A stretch of 64,000 nt of DNA from Gemmatimonas sp. (GTDB lineage Bacteria; Gemmatimonadota; Gemmatimonadetes; Gemmatimonadales; Gemmatimonadaceae). The stretch lies in contig OZ257156.1 in NCBI GenBank assembly GCA_965279375.1, positions 2,688,001 through 2,752,000 of the forward strand, given 5' to 3'. Each line of letters starts with the position of its first letter. Position 1 is the first letter of the stretch. The notes beneath the pieces are model-generated. The model did no database searches and was not told where the DNA came from. It saw only the letters and a program-made list of their open reading frames with translations. This document shows, one piece after another, positions 16,467 through 27,088 of this stretch. Position numbers and translations under genes: made by a program.

Positions 16467-19349
16467 CTACGGCGTCTTCGCCTCCGGCTGCAGTACGAAT
16501 CGCGCCCGATTCGTCTCACTCAAATACACCTTCGCCGCCGCCGCCAACTTCTCCGTCGTCAACCCCGCAATCAGTTCGTCGTTGGCGAACACCGTCGTCG
16601 GGTCGTCGCCGTTCTCGATGCGGTCCCGCAGCACTCCCGCCCACCAGCTGTTCTGTTTGCGCGTGACCTCGAGTCCGCGGCGCTGCTGCTCGCGTACGCG
16701 CTCAACTTCCGCGGCCGTCGGCGGGACGCGACGGAGCGAATCGAGCTCCTGGCGCACGGCGGCGAACAGTGAGTCCGCCTTCTCCGGTGCCGAGCCGTAG
16801 TCGATGACCAACTGCCACTCCTGACGGGGACGGCGCGAGAAGCCCGCGTTGACGCTTACCGAGTAGGTCGCCCCCAACGATTCGCGCAGACGGTCCAGCA
16901 GGCGCATCTGCAGCAGCTCGCCAACGGAACCGATCAGATATGCCTGCTCGCGGCTCCACGCGCCTGTGCCCGCGAGCATCAGCACTGTCTGGCTCTGCGG
17001 AGCGACGCCCTTGCGCACCGTCTTGTCGATCTGTCCGGAGAACAGCTTGGGGCCAACATCGCGGAACGTCTCTTTGCGACCCGTCGTCGGCAACGACGCC
17101 AGCCACTGCTCCACGAGCGGCTTGAGTACCGCCGCGTCGACGTTGCCCACGAACACGAACGAGAAGTCGCCCGCCTCGCCGAAGCGATCCTTGTAGATCG
17201 TCAGCAGCTGACCAAGATCGAGTTCCTTCAGTCGATCCACTGAGATCGGCCGTGCGCGCGGACTGCCGCCGGCGAGTGTGACCGTGATCGTGTCGCCAAA
17301 CACCGCGCTCGGATTCGCGTCCTTGTTGCGCAACTGGTTGTCGAAATTCTGCAGCAGCGCTTGAAAGACCGCGCTGTCGGCACGTGGTGCCGTCATGCGC
17401 AACCACGTGAGCTGCAGCAACGTCTCGAGATCGCGAGGCGAGGCGCGCCCGCTCAGGCCTTCGCTCAGATCACTGATCGACGGCGCAACACTCGCGACCT
17501 TGCCAGTCAACTTCTTGTTGAGATCGACCTGCGAGAAATCACCGACGCCGCCATTCGACAACACCAGCGCAGCGAGCGATGTGCGGAACACCGCGCTGTC
17601 CGGCGCAAGACTGACACCGCCCGGACTCCATGCCGTCATCAGAATCTGATCGGCGTTGTAGTCCGTCGGCTTCACGAAGACGCGAATGCCATTGGACAAC
17701 GTCCACTCGGTCAGTCCGATGCTCTCATACTTCTTCTCGGCCACCACGCGACCGGCCGTGGGGACCGTCTTCACCAACGCGCCGTCGACAACCGTCTCCG
17801 TCCACGCGGCAATCGTTGCAGAAGCAACCGTGCGGAAGACTGCGCGAATCTCCGTCTCGGTCGGCGGCGTGAGGCCAGCCTTCTCGGGCATCGTCACTGT
17901 GACGACGCGGTTCTGCGCGCCGGTGCGCGCATTGCCCAACGCGTTCACTTCCGCCAGCGTGATCGCGGGAAGCAACCGCTTGGCCGCCTCATACTCGAAC
18001 GCGATACCAGGAATCGCATCGCCCGAGAGATAGTTGTCGATGTACTCACTCACAAAGGCGTCCGACGGCGTCTTGTCGCGCTCCGTGTACGCGCGCTCAT
18101 AGGCGCGCAACATGCTCACGCGGGCCCGCTCCAATTCGGCGGGGAGAAAGCCGAAGCGATTGACGCGTTCGGATTCCGTGAGCACCAACTGCAACGCGTC
18201 GAGCAGGCGACCTTCCTTCGCGGCCGCGTCGAGCGAGTAGTAGTCGGCACCACGCACGAGGTTACCGCCGCCGCCACCCGCACCGAGGAACGGAGCATCC
18301 GGCTTGCGAGAGAGCTCGCCGAAGCGCTGGTTGAGCATGCTGTTGTAGAGACTCTGCATCATGTCGCGACGCAGGTCGCTCACGAGCCGTGCGTTCGTCG
18401 GCGGCAGCTTCCACAACACACCGATCGAGGAGGACGTGATCTCCGCATCCGTCGCGATCGTCACGAGCGTCGAGTCGTGCGACGGCACACGAGCCAGCAC
18501 GCGGGGGCGCGAGGCCGCGCGGCGCGGAATCGGTCCGAAGGTCTTCCTAACCAACGAAAGCAGCGAATCCGGATTGGCGTCGCCGACCGCGATCACCGCC
18601 ATCAGCTCCGGCCGATACCAGTCCCGCCAGAAGCGCTTGATCTGCGCCGGGTTTGCCTTCTCGAGAATCTCCGGCTTGCCAATCGGCAGGCGTTCTGCGT
18701 AGCGCGAGCCGCGAAAGATCACCGGGAACTGCTTCGAGCGCACGCGCTCGTCGGCGCCGAGTCCGTTGCGCCACTCGGAGAGCACCACGCCGCGTTCGGC
18801 GACGACCGCGCTGGAATCGAAGAGAATGCCGGTGGCAACATCGCCAAGGAATTCGAAGCTCTTGGCGAGAATGCGCGCGCTGTCCGTGGGAACCGGAAGG
18901 ATGTAGATCGTTTCGTCGAAGCCCGTGGAGGCGTTCAGGTCGGCACCGAAGCGCACACCGATCGACTCGAGGTACTTGACGATTTCGTTCTTCGCGAAGT
19001 GACGTGTGCCGTTGAAGGCCATGTGCTCGAGGAAGTGCGCCAGACCCTGCTGGTCGTTGTCCTCGAGGATGGAGCCGGCGTTGATCACCAGGCGCAGCTC
19101 TGCGCGCTGCTCAGGCTTGGCGTTCCGCCGGATGTAGTAGCGCAGGCCATTGGACAGCGTACCGATGCGCACCGACGGATCGACTGGCAGCGCGGTAGTC
19201 AGCGCGAATGAGTCGACGGCGGGCTTCGATGCGCGTTTGGAGGGGGCCTGCGCACCGACCGAAAGAGCGAGCGGCCCAGCGGCGATGGCGAGTGCGACGA
19301 TGGCGCTGCGGCGCGTAATGCGACGGGGCATCCAATGGGCAATGCGCAT
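16467..19349 (-). CDS. M16 family zinc peptidase (PqqL-like), exported
   Basis: GTLSNGLRYYI, inverted zinc motif HFLEH, LNASTGFDETIY, second half WTLSNGIRV; signal peptide; start uncertain. Confidence 0.93.
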   Translation of the reverse strand: MRIAHWMPRRITRRSAIVALAIAAGPLALSVGAQAPSKRASKPAVDSFALTTALPVDPSVRIGTLSNGLRYYIRRNAKPEQRAELRLVINAGSILEDNDQQGLAHFLEHMAFNGTRHFAKNEIVKYLESIGVRFGADLNASTGFDETIYILPVPTDSARILAKSFEFLGDVATGILFDSSAVVAERGVVLSEWRNGLGADERVRSKQFPVIFRGSRYAERLPIGKPEILEKANPAQIKRFWRDWYRPELMAVIAVGDANPDSLLSLVRKTFGPIPRRAASRPRVLARVPSHDSTLVTIATDAEITSSSIGVLWKLPPTNARLVSDLRRDMMQSLYNSMLNQRFGELSRKPDAPFLGAGGGGGNLVRGADYYSLDAAAKEGRLLDALQLVLTESERVNRFGFLPAELERARVSMLRAYERAYTERDKTPSDAFVSEYIDNYLSGDAIPGIAFEYEAAKRLLPAITLAEVNALGNARTGAQNRVVTVTMPEKAGLTPPTETEIRAVFRTVASATIAAWTETVVDGALVKTVPTAGRVVAEKKYESIGLTEWTLSNGIRVFVKPTDYNADQILMTAWSPGGVSLAPDSAVFRTSLAALVLSNGGVGDFSQVDLNKKLTGKVASVAPSISDLSEGLSGRASPRDLETLLQLTWLRMTAPRADSAVFQALLQNFDNQLRNKDANPSAVFGDTITVTLAGGSPRARPISVDRLKELDLGQLLTIYKDRFGEAGDFSFVFVGNVDAAVLKPLVEQWLASLPTTGRKETFRDVGPKLFSGQIDKTVRKGVAPQSQTVLMLAGTGAWSREQAYLIGSVGELLQMRLLDRLRESLGATYSVSVNAGFSRRPRQEWQLVIDYGSAPEKADSLFAAVRQELDSLRRVPPTAAEVERVREQQRRGLEVTRKQNSWWAGVLRDRIENGDDPTTVFANDELIAGLTTEKLAAAAKVYLSETNRARFVLQPEAKTP

Positions 19350-19388
19350 GAAATCGATTGGGTGAGTAGTCATGGGGCCGGCGGTGGG

Positions 19389-21467
19389 CTACGGTTGTCC
19401 GAATCTGCCGCGAAGAAGTGCGCGCAGATCCACCGTCGGATCCGTGCGCAGTGCAGGGAGAGCCTGCAGCGGTTCTGGTGCGAGGGTGACGCGTTGCATC
19501 GTCGCACGTACCCCGTTGTCGAGAAAACGCGACAACTGCCCGTATGCGAAGTCGGCGCCGGTGCGCGTGGGGTAGCTGTGCAGCGGATAGGTCACGTAGA
19601 GCTGGTCGCGGGCGCGCGTCATGGCCACATAGAGGAGTCGACGTTCCTCGTCCACCTGCGCCTCGTCGCCGGCACTCCGCGCCATGGGGAACACCCCGTC
19701 GGCGGCCCAGATGACGAAGACCACGTCGAACTCCTTGCCCTTGGACGAGTGCGCGGTGGAAAGGATCAGCGCGTCGTTGTCGTCCTCGTGGTTGCCCACG
19801 GCCAGGTCCTGCGTGTTGGACGGCGGCTCGAGCGCGAGCGCGGAAAGAAACGCCGAGCGATCCGGGTAGCCGGCAGCGATGATCTCGAGTTGGTCGAGGT
19901 CAGCGAGACGCGGTGGTGCGTCGTCGTATGTGGCCTTGAGGATCGGATCGTAGAGCTGGCGCACCAGTCGAATCGCTTCCGCCGGTGCGTGCGTGTTCAC
20001 CCGTCGCATGCCGTCGAGCAGCGCGGAGAGCGCGTGCAGCCCCGGGCGTGCGCGTGACGGGGCGCGCACGGCGCCAATCGCCATCGGCTCCCAGCCATGC
20101 TGCGCGAGTTGATCGACCGCCGCCTTGGCGGTGGCGTCGCCCACGCCGGGCAGGAGGCGCAGCAGCCGATACCAGCTCACTTCATCGCGCGGATTCTCGA
20201 GCACGCGAAGGAAGGCGAGGATGTCCTTGATGTGCGCGGCTTCGAGGAACTTGAGGCCGCCCCACTTCTCGTACGGAATGCGTCGGTTGGCGAGCTCGAT
20301 CTCGAGATCGGCCGAGAGGTAGCCGGCGCGGAACAGCACGGCGATCTCGCGCAGCGGGATGCCTTCTTCGTGCAACTGCAGGATACGATCGACGACGAAC
20401 TTGGTTTGCTCGTGCTCGTCGCGCAGCGTCACCAGCCAGGGCGGCTCACCGCCGCTGCGATCGGTCCAGAGCTCTTTCGAGTAGCGCTCGAGGCTGCGCG
20501 AGATGAGCGCGTTCGTGGTGTCGAGGATGGGGGCGACAGAGCGATAGTTGCGCTCGAGCGTGATGATGCGCGTGCCGGGAAACTGCGTCGGAAAGTCGAG
20601 GATGTTGCGAATCGTCGCGCCGCGGAACGAGTAGATGCTTTGCGCATCGTCGCCCACGACGGTGATACGACCATTCGTGCACATCGCGCGGAGGATGCGC
20701 GACTGGAGCGGATTCGTATCCTGATATTCGTCCACGAGCACGTGATCGTAGAGCCCGCGGATTTCTGCCGCGATCGTCGGATCGTGTTCGAGGAGCAGCG
20801 CCCACGAGAGGAGCAGGTCGTCGTAGTCGAGCAGATTGCGTTCGCCCTTGCGGCGCACGTAGTCGCCGAAGAGTCGTTCGAGGTCGCCCGCCCACGCGAG
20901 GAAGTGCGGCCATTGGTCGGCCAGAATGTCGGCGACGGGGCGGTCGGTGTTGACGTGCCGCGAATAGACAGCGAGCGCGGTTTCGGCCCGCGGGAAGCGC
21001 GGGGCGCCGCCCTTGGATTCACCGAAGCCCAAGGCGGCGCGGGCGATGCTCATCAGATCGCCGGCGTCACCCTGGTCGAGGATGGTGAAGTCGGCGGGGA
21101 GTCCAGCGGCGGGACCGAACCGGCGGAGCAGGCGATGGGCGACGCCGTGGAAGGTGCCGCCGTGGACCTGTTGGGAGGCGGACCCGACGAGTCGCTGGCA
21201 GCGATCGAGCATCTCCTGCGAGGCTCGGCGGGTGAACGTGAGGAGGAGGATGCGGTGGGCGGGGACCCCGCGTCCTATTAGGTGCGCGACCCGGTGAATG
21301 AGGGTGCGCGTTTTCCCGGAGCCGGCGCCCGCAACTATAAGGAGCGGGGAGTCGCCATGGCTGGCCGCCTCGGCCTGGGCGGCATTGAGAGCCGGGCCGA
21401 GGGGGTCCGCCGGTGACGCGGCGACTTCGAGGTGGGTAGGGATATGGAGTCGGGGGGTGTCTTCCAT
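19389..21467 (-). CDS. UvrD/Rep family ATP-dependent helicase
   Basis: AGAGSGKT, LVDEYQDTN, VGDDAQSIYSFRGA, LERNYRS, TAHSSKGKEF, EERRLLYVAMTRAR. Confidence 0.95.
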   Translation of the reverse strand: MEDTPRLHIPTHLEVAASPADPLGPALNAAQAEAASHGDSPLLIVAGAGSGKTRTLIHRVAHLIGRGVPAHRILLLTFTRRASQEMLDRCQRLVGSASQQVHGGTFHGVAHRLLRRFGPAAGLPADFTILDQGDAGDLMSIARAALGFGESKGGAPRFPRAETALAVYSRHVNTDRPVADILADQWPHFLAWAGDLERLFGDYVRRKGERNLLDYDDLLLSWALLLEHDPTIAAEIRGLYDHVLVDEYQDTNPLQSRILRAMCTNGRITVVGDDAQSIYSFRGATIRNILDFPTQFPGTRIITLERNYRSVAPILDTTNALISRSLERYSKELWTDRSGGEPPWLVTLRDEHEQTKFVVDRILQLHEEGIPLREIAVLFRAGYLSADLEIELANRRIPYEKWGGLKFLEAAHIKDILAFLRVLENPRDEVSWYRLLRLLPGVGDATAKAAVDQLAQHGWEPMAIGAVRAPSRARPGLHALSALLDGMRRVNTHAPAEAIRLVRQLYDPILKATYDDAPPRLADLDQLEIIAAGYPDRSAFLSALALEPPSNTQDLAVGNHEDDNDALILSTAHSSKGKEFDVVFVIWAADGVFPMARSAGDEAQVDEERRLLYVAMTRARDQLYVTYPLHSYPTRTGADFAYGQLSRFLDNGVRATMQRVTLAPEPLQALPALRTDPTVDLRALLRGRFGQP

Positions 21468-21664
21468 CGGTGGGAAGATAGGGGGCCGCCGTCGAACGGG
21501 TGGTGCTGGGTGTGTGACGGGGTGGCTGAGGCGACCGTCCATTAACCGGGCCCAGCCGTATGGCTGCTGGGTTGTGGGAGCCCGTGGGGGTCTGCAGGTT
21601 TGCATTTCCGCGGGTGCGGTACCAGAACGTGATGGTGCAGTTCGGGCGACTTGGGGAAAGCGGC

Positions 21665-21693
21665 TTGACCGCTTGCCAGATCGCCCATAGCTT
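21665..21693 (+). promoter_or_regulatory. Putative sigma70 promoter for the 1412-aa lipoprotein
   Basis: TTGACC-N17-TAGCTT, about 250 nt upstream of ATG 21943. Confidence 0.55.
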
Positions 21694-21942
21694 TGCGTCT
21701 TGCTATCTGGTCACCGTTCTGTCCACGAGTGTGGGCAGTATTGTGCTGGATGGTTCGGGTATCAGTCTTTTCGTATTGGCGTGGACGCAGCCCGGCCGCT
21801 CCCCGGAACGTGTCCAGCCCGATACGGGCTGACTGATTCAAGGACATGTCATCGCGACGTGTTCTCTTTCATGCGGTTTTTCTGTTGGCAGCGACCCACT
21901 GCACGCAGATGCTCACTCCACGACCTCGTAAGAGGGGGATGA

Positions 21943-24900
21943 ATGCAACTCTTTTCTCGGAAGAAGGCGATTATCGCCGTCAGCCTGAGTGCCTTGACGG
22001 CGCTTGGTGCTTGCGGCGATAACGTCACGGTGCCCGTAGCACCGGCGGCGCCAGTGGTCGTTTCGATCACGCCGCCGAGTGCTAGCATGAACGTTGGCGA
22101 GCGTCTGAACTTCGCGGTTCAGATCAGCGGTGGCAGCACGACGGCCGCCCCGACGCTTGCCAGCTGCACGTCGAGCAATGCTGCGGTGGCCACGGCCGCT
22201 GTTGCGGGCTCTGCTTGCGCCGTCACGGCCGTTGCCCCGGGCAACGCGACGGTGACCGCTGCTGCGTCGACCGGTCAGGTTGCTGCGGCTTCGGTCTCGG
22301 TCTCTGCGCCGACGCCGGCCATCACGTCGCTCGCGGTGTCGCCGTCGGCGGCGCAGCTCGCGATTGGTCAGTCCGTGTCGCTGGTCCCGACGGTGCAGCC
22401 TGCTGGCCGCACGGTCGCGTACACGTACACGTCTAGCTCTGCCGCGATCGCCACGGTTTCGGCGACGGGTGTTGTTTCTGCAGTTGCCCCTGGCGTTGCG
22501 ACCGTGACGGTCACGGCGAACGGTTCGGGCACGGGCTTCGCGAACGCGACGATCAGCCAGGCCGTGACGATCACGGTTTCTGATCGCGTTCCGGGCCTCA
22601 CGACGTTGACGGTTCAGCCGTCGTCGGTCGCGCTTGCCCTTGGTGGCACGCAGGCCCTGACGTCGTCGGTCGCCGGCCCGCGCGCTTCGGCCGCGACGTT
22701 CACGTATGGCACGTCTGCTCCGGCCGTTGCGACGGTCAGCGCGACGGGCACGATCACGGCGGTGTCGGCCGGTACGGCTGTCATCACGGTGACGGCGCAG
22801 AGCGTTGAGTCTGGCGCCTTCGCGGCGTCGTCGGTTACCGCGCTCATCCCGGTGACGGTGTCGCCGAATGCGCAGGTCGCGATCGTCAACCTGACGCGTG
22901 GCGGCTCGGTCATCGACATCTCGAACGTCACGGACCAGATCGAAGTCAACCTCGCGATCCAGCCGAACGGCCAGGTCGTCTCGGAAGCCAACGTTTGGGT
23001 CTGCGACCCGGCGGAGACTGTGCCGGCTTGCGCCGCGCGCACGAACGGTGTGCCGGCTGCTCGTCAGTCGTTCACGGCGTCGGGCACGCAGGCGACGAAC
23101 GTGCAGCTCTACATCAACACGTCTGAGTTCGGCACGCCGGACTTCACGACGGGCGCTGATGCCAACACGCTTTACAAGAACGGCCTCCGCACGATCGTCG
23201 CCACGCTGACGACGACCCCGGCTGCCGCTTCGACGATCGCGTCGAACAGCATCTCGCAGGTGAACTTCAACAACCCGGACGGCTGGACGATCAGCTGGGC
23301 CGCCCCGGCCAACCGCGCCAACGACCCGTCGAACATCACGTGGTACGGTGGTCCGAGCACGCCTGATGCCCTGACGCCGTCGGCGCAGTCTGGCACGGGC
23401 TCGTTCACGGTGGTCCCGGTCATCTACACGCCGAACCGTACGGTTGTGCAGGCTGTCCTCAACCTGTCCAGCAGCTGCGGCAGCAACATCACGGATCGTA
23501 CGCGTCCGTACGCGGGCACGTATGGCACGAACACGCGCGACACGCTCGCCGTGAACTTCAACTGCACGGCGACCGCGACGTCCACGTCGGGTCTCGCCCC
23601 GCAGGTCATCGGTGGTGTTGACAACAACAACAACGGCTACGTCGGCACGAACGCGTCGCCGGCCGTTGCGCGCTCGATCTTCGACGACTTCACGAACATC
23701 GCCAACAGCACGTCGGGCGGTTATCGCCAGTCGCTCGCCTATCGTCGCAACTACCTGTACCTCCCGCATGACTACGCGGCTCCGTCGATCGACGCCTTCG
23801 ACATCAAGGGCGGCTCGAACGGCTTGGTTGCGTTCCAGGACTCTGCGTGGGTGAACGCGGCCGCCTTCGTCGCCGGTACGAACCCGGTTACGGCGACGGG
23901 CACGGGCGCTCTCCGCTACCGCATCTCCGACGGCAACGTCGGCCTGACGTCGGTGAACGGCTCGCAGATCGGTGCTGGTGCGGCTTCGCGTAACACGCTG
24001 TTCAGCGTCTGCGCGCAGGCCAATGTCCCGGCCACGACCCCGACCGCTCCGGTCAACTGCACGTCGCCGGTTGCGACGGGTGGCATCTCCTCCACGTTCG
24101 GCTCCATGAACGTGCCGGAAAGCGCCACGAACTTCACGAACACGGCGTACTTCGCCCAGGTCGCTGAGACGGACCGTCTCGGTAACCGTGCGACGTCGGT
24201 TGTGTACACGTGGGCGAACGCGTCTGCGGGCACGGGTGCCACGCGCACGCCGACCTTCGCGCAGTTCAACGGCAACACGAACAACGTGATCAGCGGTGGC
24301 GTGTTTGGTGTCGACCTCACGGCTCCGGTCGTGGCGGCGCTCCCGAACACTGGTACGGGCTCGATCACGAACGCCGTCCGCACGGACGTCGATTCGATCT
24401 TCACGAACAACGCTGGTATCAACGCCGCTGGTCAGACGTTGGCCAACGCTGCGCTGTTTGCCTTCCGCTTCACGGACGCCCGCTCGGGCTTCCCGCAGTG
24501 CGTGAACGCCACGCTGACGACGGGTAACTGCCCGAGCTTCGCCGCTGGTGGTGATGTCAACGCCGGTACGTTCTCTGTCACCCGCCGCACGGCCCCGACG
24601 CTCGCCGTCGTGTCCAACGCTGCGGTCGTCGAAGGCATTGTCCGCACGGACAACGGCACCTCGGCTCCGACGGTTGCGACGGATCGTCGTCTCACCGTGA
24701 TCAACGCGCCGGTCTCGGGCTTCGACCCGGCCTACCGTGACTTCACGTTCAACATCTTCGGCGCCACGAACCGTATCGCCGCCACGAACCTGATTCCGTC
24801 GGGCATCAACCCGGCCGCGTCGGTCGCTGGCTACTACACGTTCGCTGGTACGCTGACGGACCGCGCTGGCAACAGCACGACGCTCCCGACTCGCTCGGTC

Positions 24901-26181
24901 GCGATCGACAACGCGAACCCGCTCATCACGGGCATCAACATCCCGGCCGTCCTCACGGGTGGCACGACGGTCGCGTTCGGCCCGACTGGTACGGATGACC
25001 TGGAAGCCGTCTCTGGCGACCTGTCGCTCCAGTACCCGCAGCTCGCCTACAACAACGGCCTTGGCGCCGCGGTTGGCGGCCAGCCGAGCACGCTCCGCTT
25101 CCGTCGCGTGACCAGCTTCTCGACGACGGCTGCGCTCGGCCTGTGGCACAACCCGTTCGCGTCGGTCACGGATGACAAGCTCGCCACGCCGATCGGCCCG
25201 GGCACTGCGCTCGGTGCGACTGGCCTGACGGTTCCGATTCCGTTCATCCAGCAGATCGTGACGGTCACGGCCGGCAACGTGCCGCCGACCCGTCAGCAGA
25301 TCTTCGTCAACCTGTTCACGGCCGGCTTCGTCGCTCCTGACGCCCGTCCGAACCAGGTCACGGCGTGGCTGTACGACATCCGCGCGACGTCGCCGCTCGC
25401 CTTCACGGGCAACGGCCGTTCTGCGGCGCTCTCTCAGCCGCTCTTCGGCGGTCAGATTCCGACCCCGTCGGACAGCTTGACCACCAAGATCTGGGGCACG
25501 CCGATCGCTGGCGTTGGCGCTGGTATCACCACGTGGCAGGCTGTGACGATCGGTGGCGTGACCGAGCTTCGTGCGGAAACGCCGACGTCGATCACCAACC
25601 CGCCGTTCACGTCGGTCTACATCGCTCGTCAGGTTGGCGCGACCGAGTGGGAGTACATCGGCACGGCGACCTACGCTGGCCCGCTTGATCAGGGTGGAAC
25701 GCGCTTCTGGCGCTACACGCTCTCCTCGACGGCCATCGATCAGGGCAACGGTGTCACCATGGCCGCTCTGGCTAACGGCGACATCATCAAGGGCATCGGC
25801 GTCGACGCCAGCGGCAACGGTCTCGCGACCGCGGCTGCGACGTTCGGCCTGCCGCCCGCATTCCCGAGCACGGTGACGGTTGCCGCGACGGCCGGTACGG
25901 CTGCCGCGACGATCAATGACAACAACACGGGCGGCGGCACGCGCAACGTGGTTGTCAGCGCCAACCCGAACGGTGCGGCGATCACCTACACCTGCGTCTC
26001 GTCCAACCCGGGCCTGTTGACGGCCACGATGGGCGGCGCCGGCGTCTGCACGCTCGCTGCTGCTGGCTCGGCTGCTCCGGCCGGTAACAACGTCACGGTG
26101 ACGTTCACCGCGACGGGCACGGCGGGTGGTTTCAACACCAACTCCGTCAGCACGACGGTCACCTTCTCGCGCCAGCCGTAA
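21943..26181 (+). CDS. Large surface lipoprotein with N-terminal Big_2-like Ig domains (S-layer-like candidate)
   Basis: Lipobox LGAC; three repeats of the type SSNAAVATVSATG.VTAVAPG.ATVTVTA; Ala/Thr/Gly/Asn-rich; AGAGGGGG RBS. Confidence 0.85.
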   Translation: MQLFSRKKAIIAVSLSALTALGACGDNVTVPVAPAAPVVVSITPPSASMNVGERLNFAVQISGGSTTAAPTLASCTSSNAAVATAAVAGSACAVTAVAPGNATVTAAASTGQVAAASVSVSAPTPAITSLAVSPSAAQLAIGQSVSLVPTVQPAGRTVAYTYTSSSAAIATVSATGVVSAVAPGVATVTVTANGSGTGFANATISQAVTITVSDRVPGLTTLTVQPSSVALALGGTQALTSSVAGPRASAATFTYGTSAPAVATVSATGTITAVSAGTAVITVTAQSVESGAFAASSVTALIPVTVSPNAQVAIVNLTRGGSVIDISNVTDQIEVNLAIQPNGQVVSEANVWVCDPAETVPACAARTNGVPAARQSFTASGTQATNVQLYINTSEFGTPDFTTGADANTLYKNGLRTIVATLTTTPAAASTIASNSISQVNFNNPDGWTISWAAPANRANDPSNITWYGGPSTPDALTPSAQSGTGSFTVVPVIYTPNRTVVQAVLNLSSSCGSNITDRTRPYAGTYGTNTRDTLAVNFNCTATATSTSGLAPQVIGGVDNNNNGYVGTNASPAVARSIFDDFTNIANSTSGGYRQSLAYRRNYLYLPHDYAAPSIDAFDIKGGSNGLVAFQDSAWVNAAAFVAGTNPVTATGTGALRYRISDGNVGLTSVNGSQIGAGAASRNTLFSVCAQANVPATTPTAPVNCTSPVATGGISSTFGSMNVPESATNFTNTAYFAQVAETDRLGNRATSVVYTWANASAGTGATRTPTFAQFNGNTNNVISGGVFGVDLTAPVVAALPNTGTGSITNAVRTDVDSIFTNNAGINAAGQTLANAALFAFRFTDARSGFPQCVNATLTTGNCPSFAAGGDVNAGTFSVTRRTAPTLAVVSNAAVVEGIVRTDNGTSAPTVATDRRLTVINAPVSGFDPAYRDFTFNIFGATNRIAATNLIPSGINPAASVAGYYTFAGTLTDRAGNSTTLPTRSVAIDNANPLITGINIPAVLTGGTTVAFGPTGTDDLEAVSGDLSLQYPQLAYNNGLGAAVGGQPSTLRFRRVTSFSTTAALGLWHNPFASVTDDKLATPIGPGTALGATGLTVPIPFIQQIVTVTAGNVPPTRQQIFVNLFTAGFVAPDARPNQVTAWLYDIRATSPLAFTGNGRSAALSQPLFGGQIPTPSDSLTTKIWGTPIAGVGAGITTWQAVTIGGVTELRAETPTSITNPPFTSVYIARQVGATEWEYIGTATYAGPLDQGGTRFWRYTLSSTAIDQGNGVTMAALANGDIIKGIGVDASGNGLATAAATFGLPPAFPSTVTVAATAGTAAATINDNNTGGGTRNVVVSANPNGAAITYTCVSSNPGLLTATMGGAGVCTLAAAGSAAPAGNNVTVTFTATGTAGGFNTNSVSTTVTFSRQP

Positions 26182-26199
26182 GGCTTAGCGAAAGGCTGG

Positions 26200-26240
26200 A
26201 AAACAAAGGCCCCGCCCGAAAGGGCGGGGCCTTTGTTTTT
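26200..26240 (+). terminator. Strong Rho-independent terminator
   Basis: AAAACAAAGGCCCCGCCC-GAAA-GGGCGGGGCCTTTGTTTTT. Confidence 0.95.
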
Positions 26241-26462
26241 CCCCCAGGTTCACGCGCGCAATCAACGGCCGCCTCACCGCGGGTTCAGCAGTCCATCTTG
26301 TCCGCTCAACCGAATGAGAGAGCCCGCGCAGAGCGCACAGAGCCGGCCAATTGAGCCGCCACCTCTTCGGAACACCGGGGTAGTTGTGTAGACTTATCCC
26401 ACCGTTGCACAGCGCTCTTCCAGCGCGTTCGCAACGCATTCCACCCATTACGATCAGAATCC

Positions 26463-26969
26463 ATGAAGACTTCTCTTGTCCGTGCTTCCGCTGTGTTACT
26501 CCTCGTCTCGGCCGCAGCGTGCGGCGGCTCCGACGAAGCTGGTAGCGACCAACTCAAGGGGCTGAAGGAAGGCATGACCACAGCCCAGGCGCTCGAGACG
26601 ATGGGCACAGGCCCCCTCGCCGGCACCTATTCCGACACCATGCGCATCACGCATGGCTTCCGTCGGTCGCGTTACTTCATGAACGGCGTGACCTACGAGG
26701 TCGTGTATGCCCGCGATCTGCCCGGCGATGTGAAGGAGCCGGTGCTGCAGGCCAAGGAGACGCCAGTCGTCTTCCGCAACGACACGCTGCAAGGCTGGGG
26801 CTGGAAGTACTACGCGGAAACGGCCATGCCGAAGTTCGCTCTGCCTACTCCGTTGCGCGCGATCGATACGCTGACGGCGGCGGCGCCCAAAGACACGGGA
26901 GCGATCGGCATCAACGCACAGCCGGCCGACACGACGAAAGCGAAGCCAGATACCACCAAGAAGCCGTAG
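26463..26969 (+). CDS. Small lipoprotein, DUF3192-like
   Basis: Lipobox AAAC; LKEGMTTAQALETMG and TPVVFRNDTLQGWG resemble DUF3192. Confidence 0.65.
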   Translation: MKTSLVRASAVLLLVSAAACGGSDEAGSDQLKGLKEGMTTAQALETMGTGPLAGTYSDTMRITHGFRRSRYFMNGVTYEVVYARDLPGDVKEPVLQAKETPVVFRNDTLQGWGWKYYAETAMPKFALPTPLRAIDTLTAAAPKDTGAIGINAQPADTTKAKPDTTKKP

Positions 26970-27030
26970 TTCGGCTTCGCCGACCAGCGCGCCACGGCTC
27001 ATCGCCGCGTGACGCGGTCGCATGAGCAAC

Positions 27031-27067
27031 GAAAAAGGCCCCGGGAGATTCTCCCGGGGCCCTTTTC
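27031..27067. terminator. Bidirectional terminator
   Basis: GAAAAAGGCCCCGGGAG-ATT-CTCCCGGGGCCCTTTTC between convergent genes. Confidence 0.9.
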
Positions 27068-27088
27068 GTCTATGTCCGCCAGCGCCTG

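Noticed and set aside
17361..19211. Long overlapping ORFs here and elsewhere (e.g. 12779-14398, 36076-38616, 48762-50423)
   Set aside because: Antisense shadows of well-identified genes, expected at high GC
21913..25149. 1078-aa minus-strand ORF
   Set aside because: Arg-rich antisense shadow of the strongly codon-biased surface protein gene; no motifs
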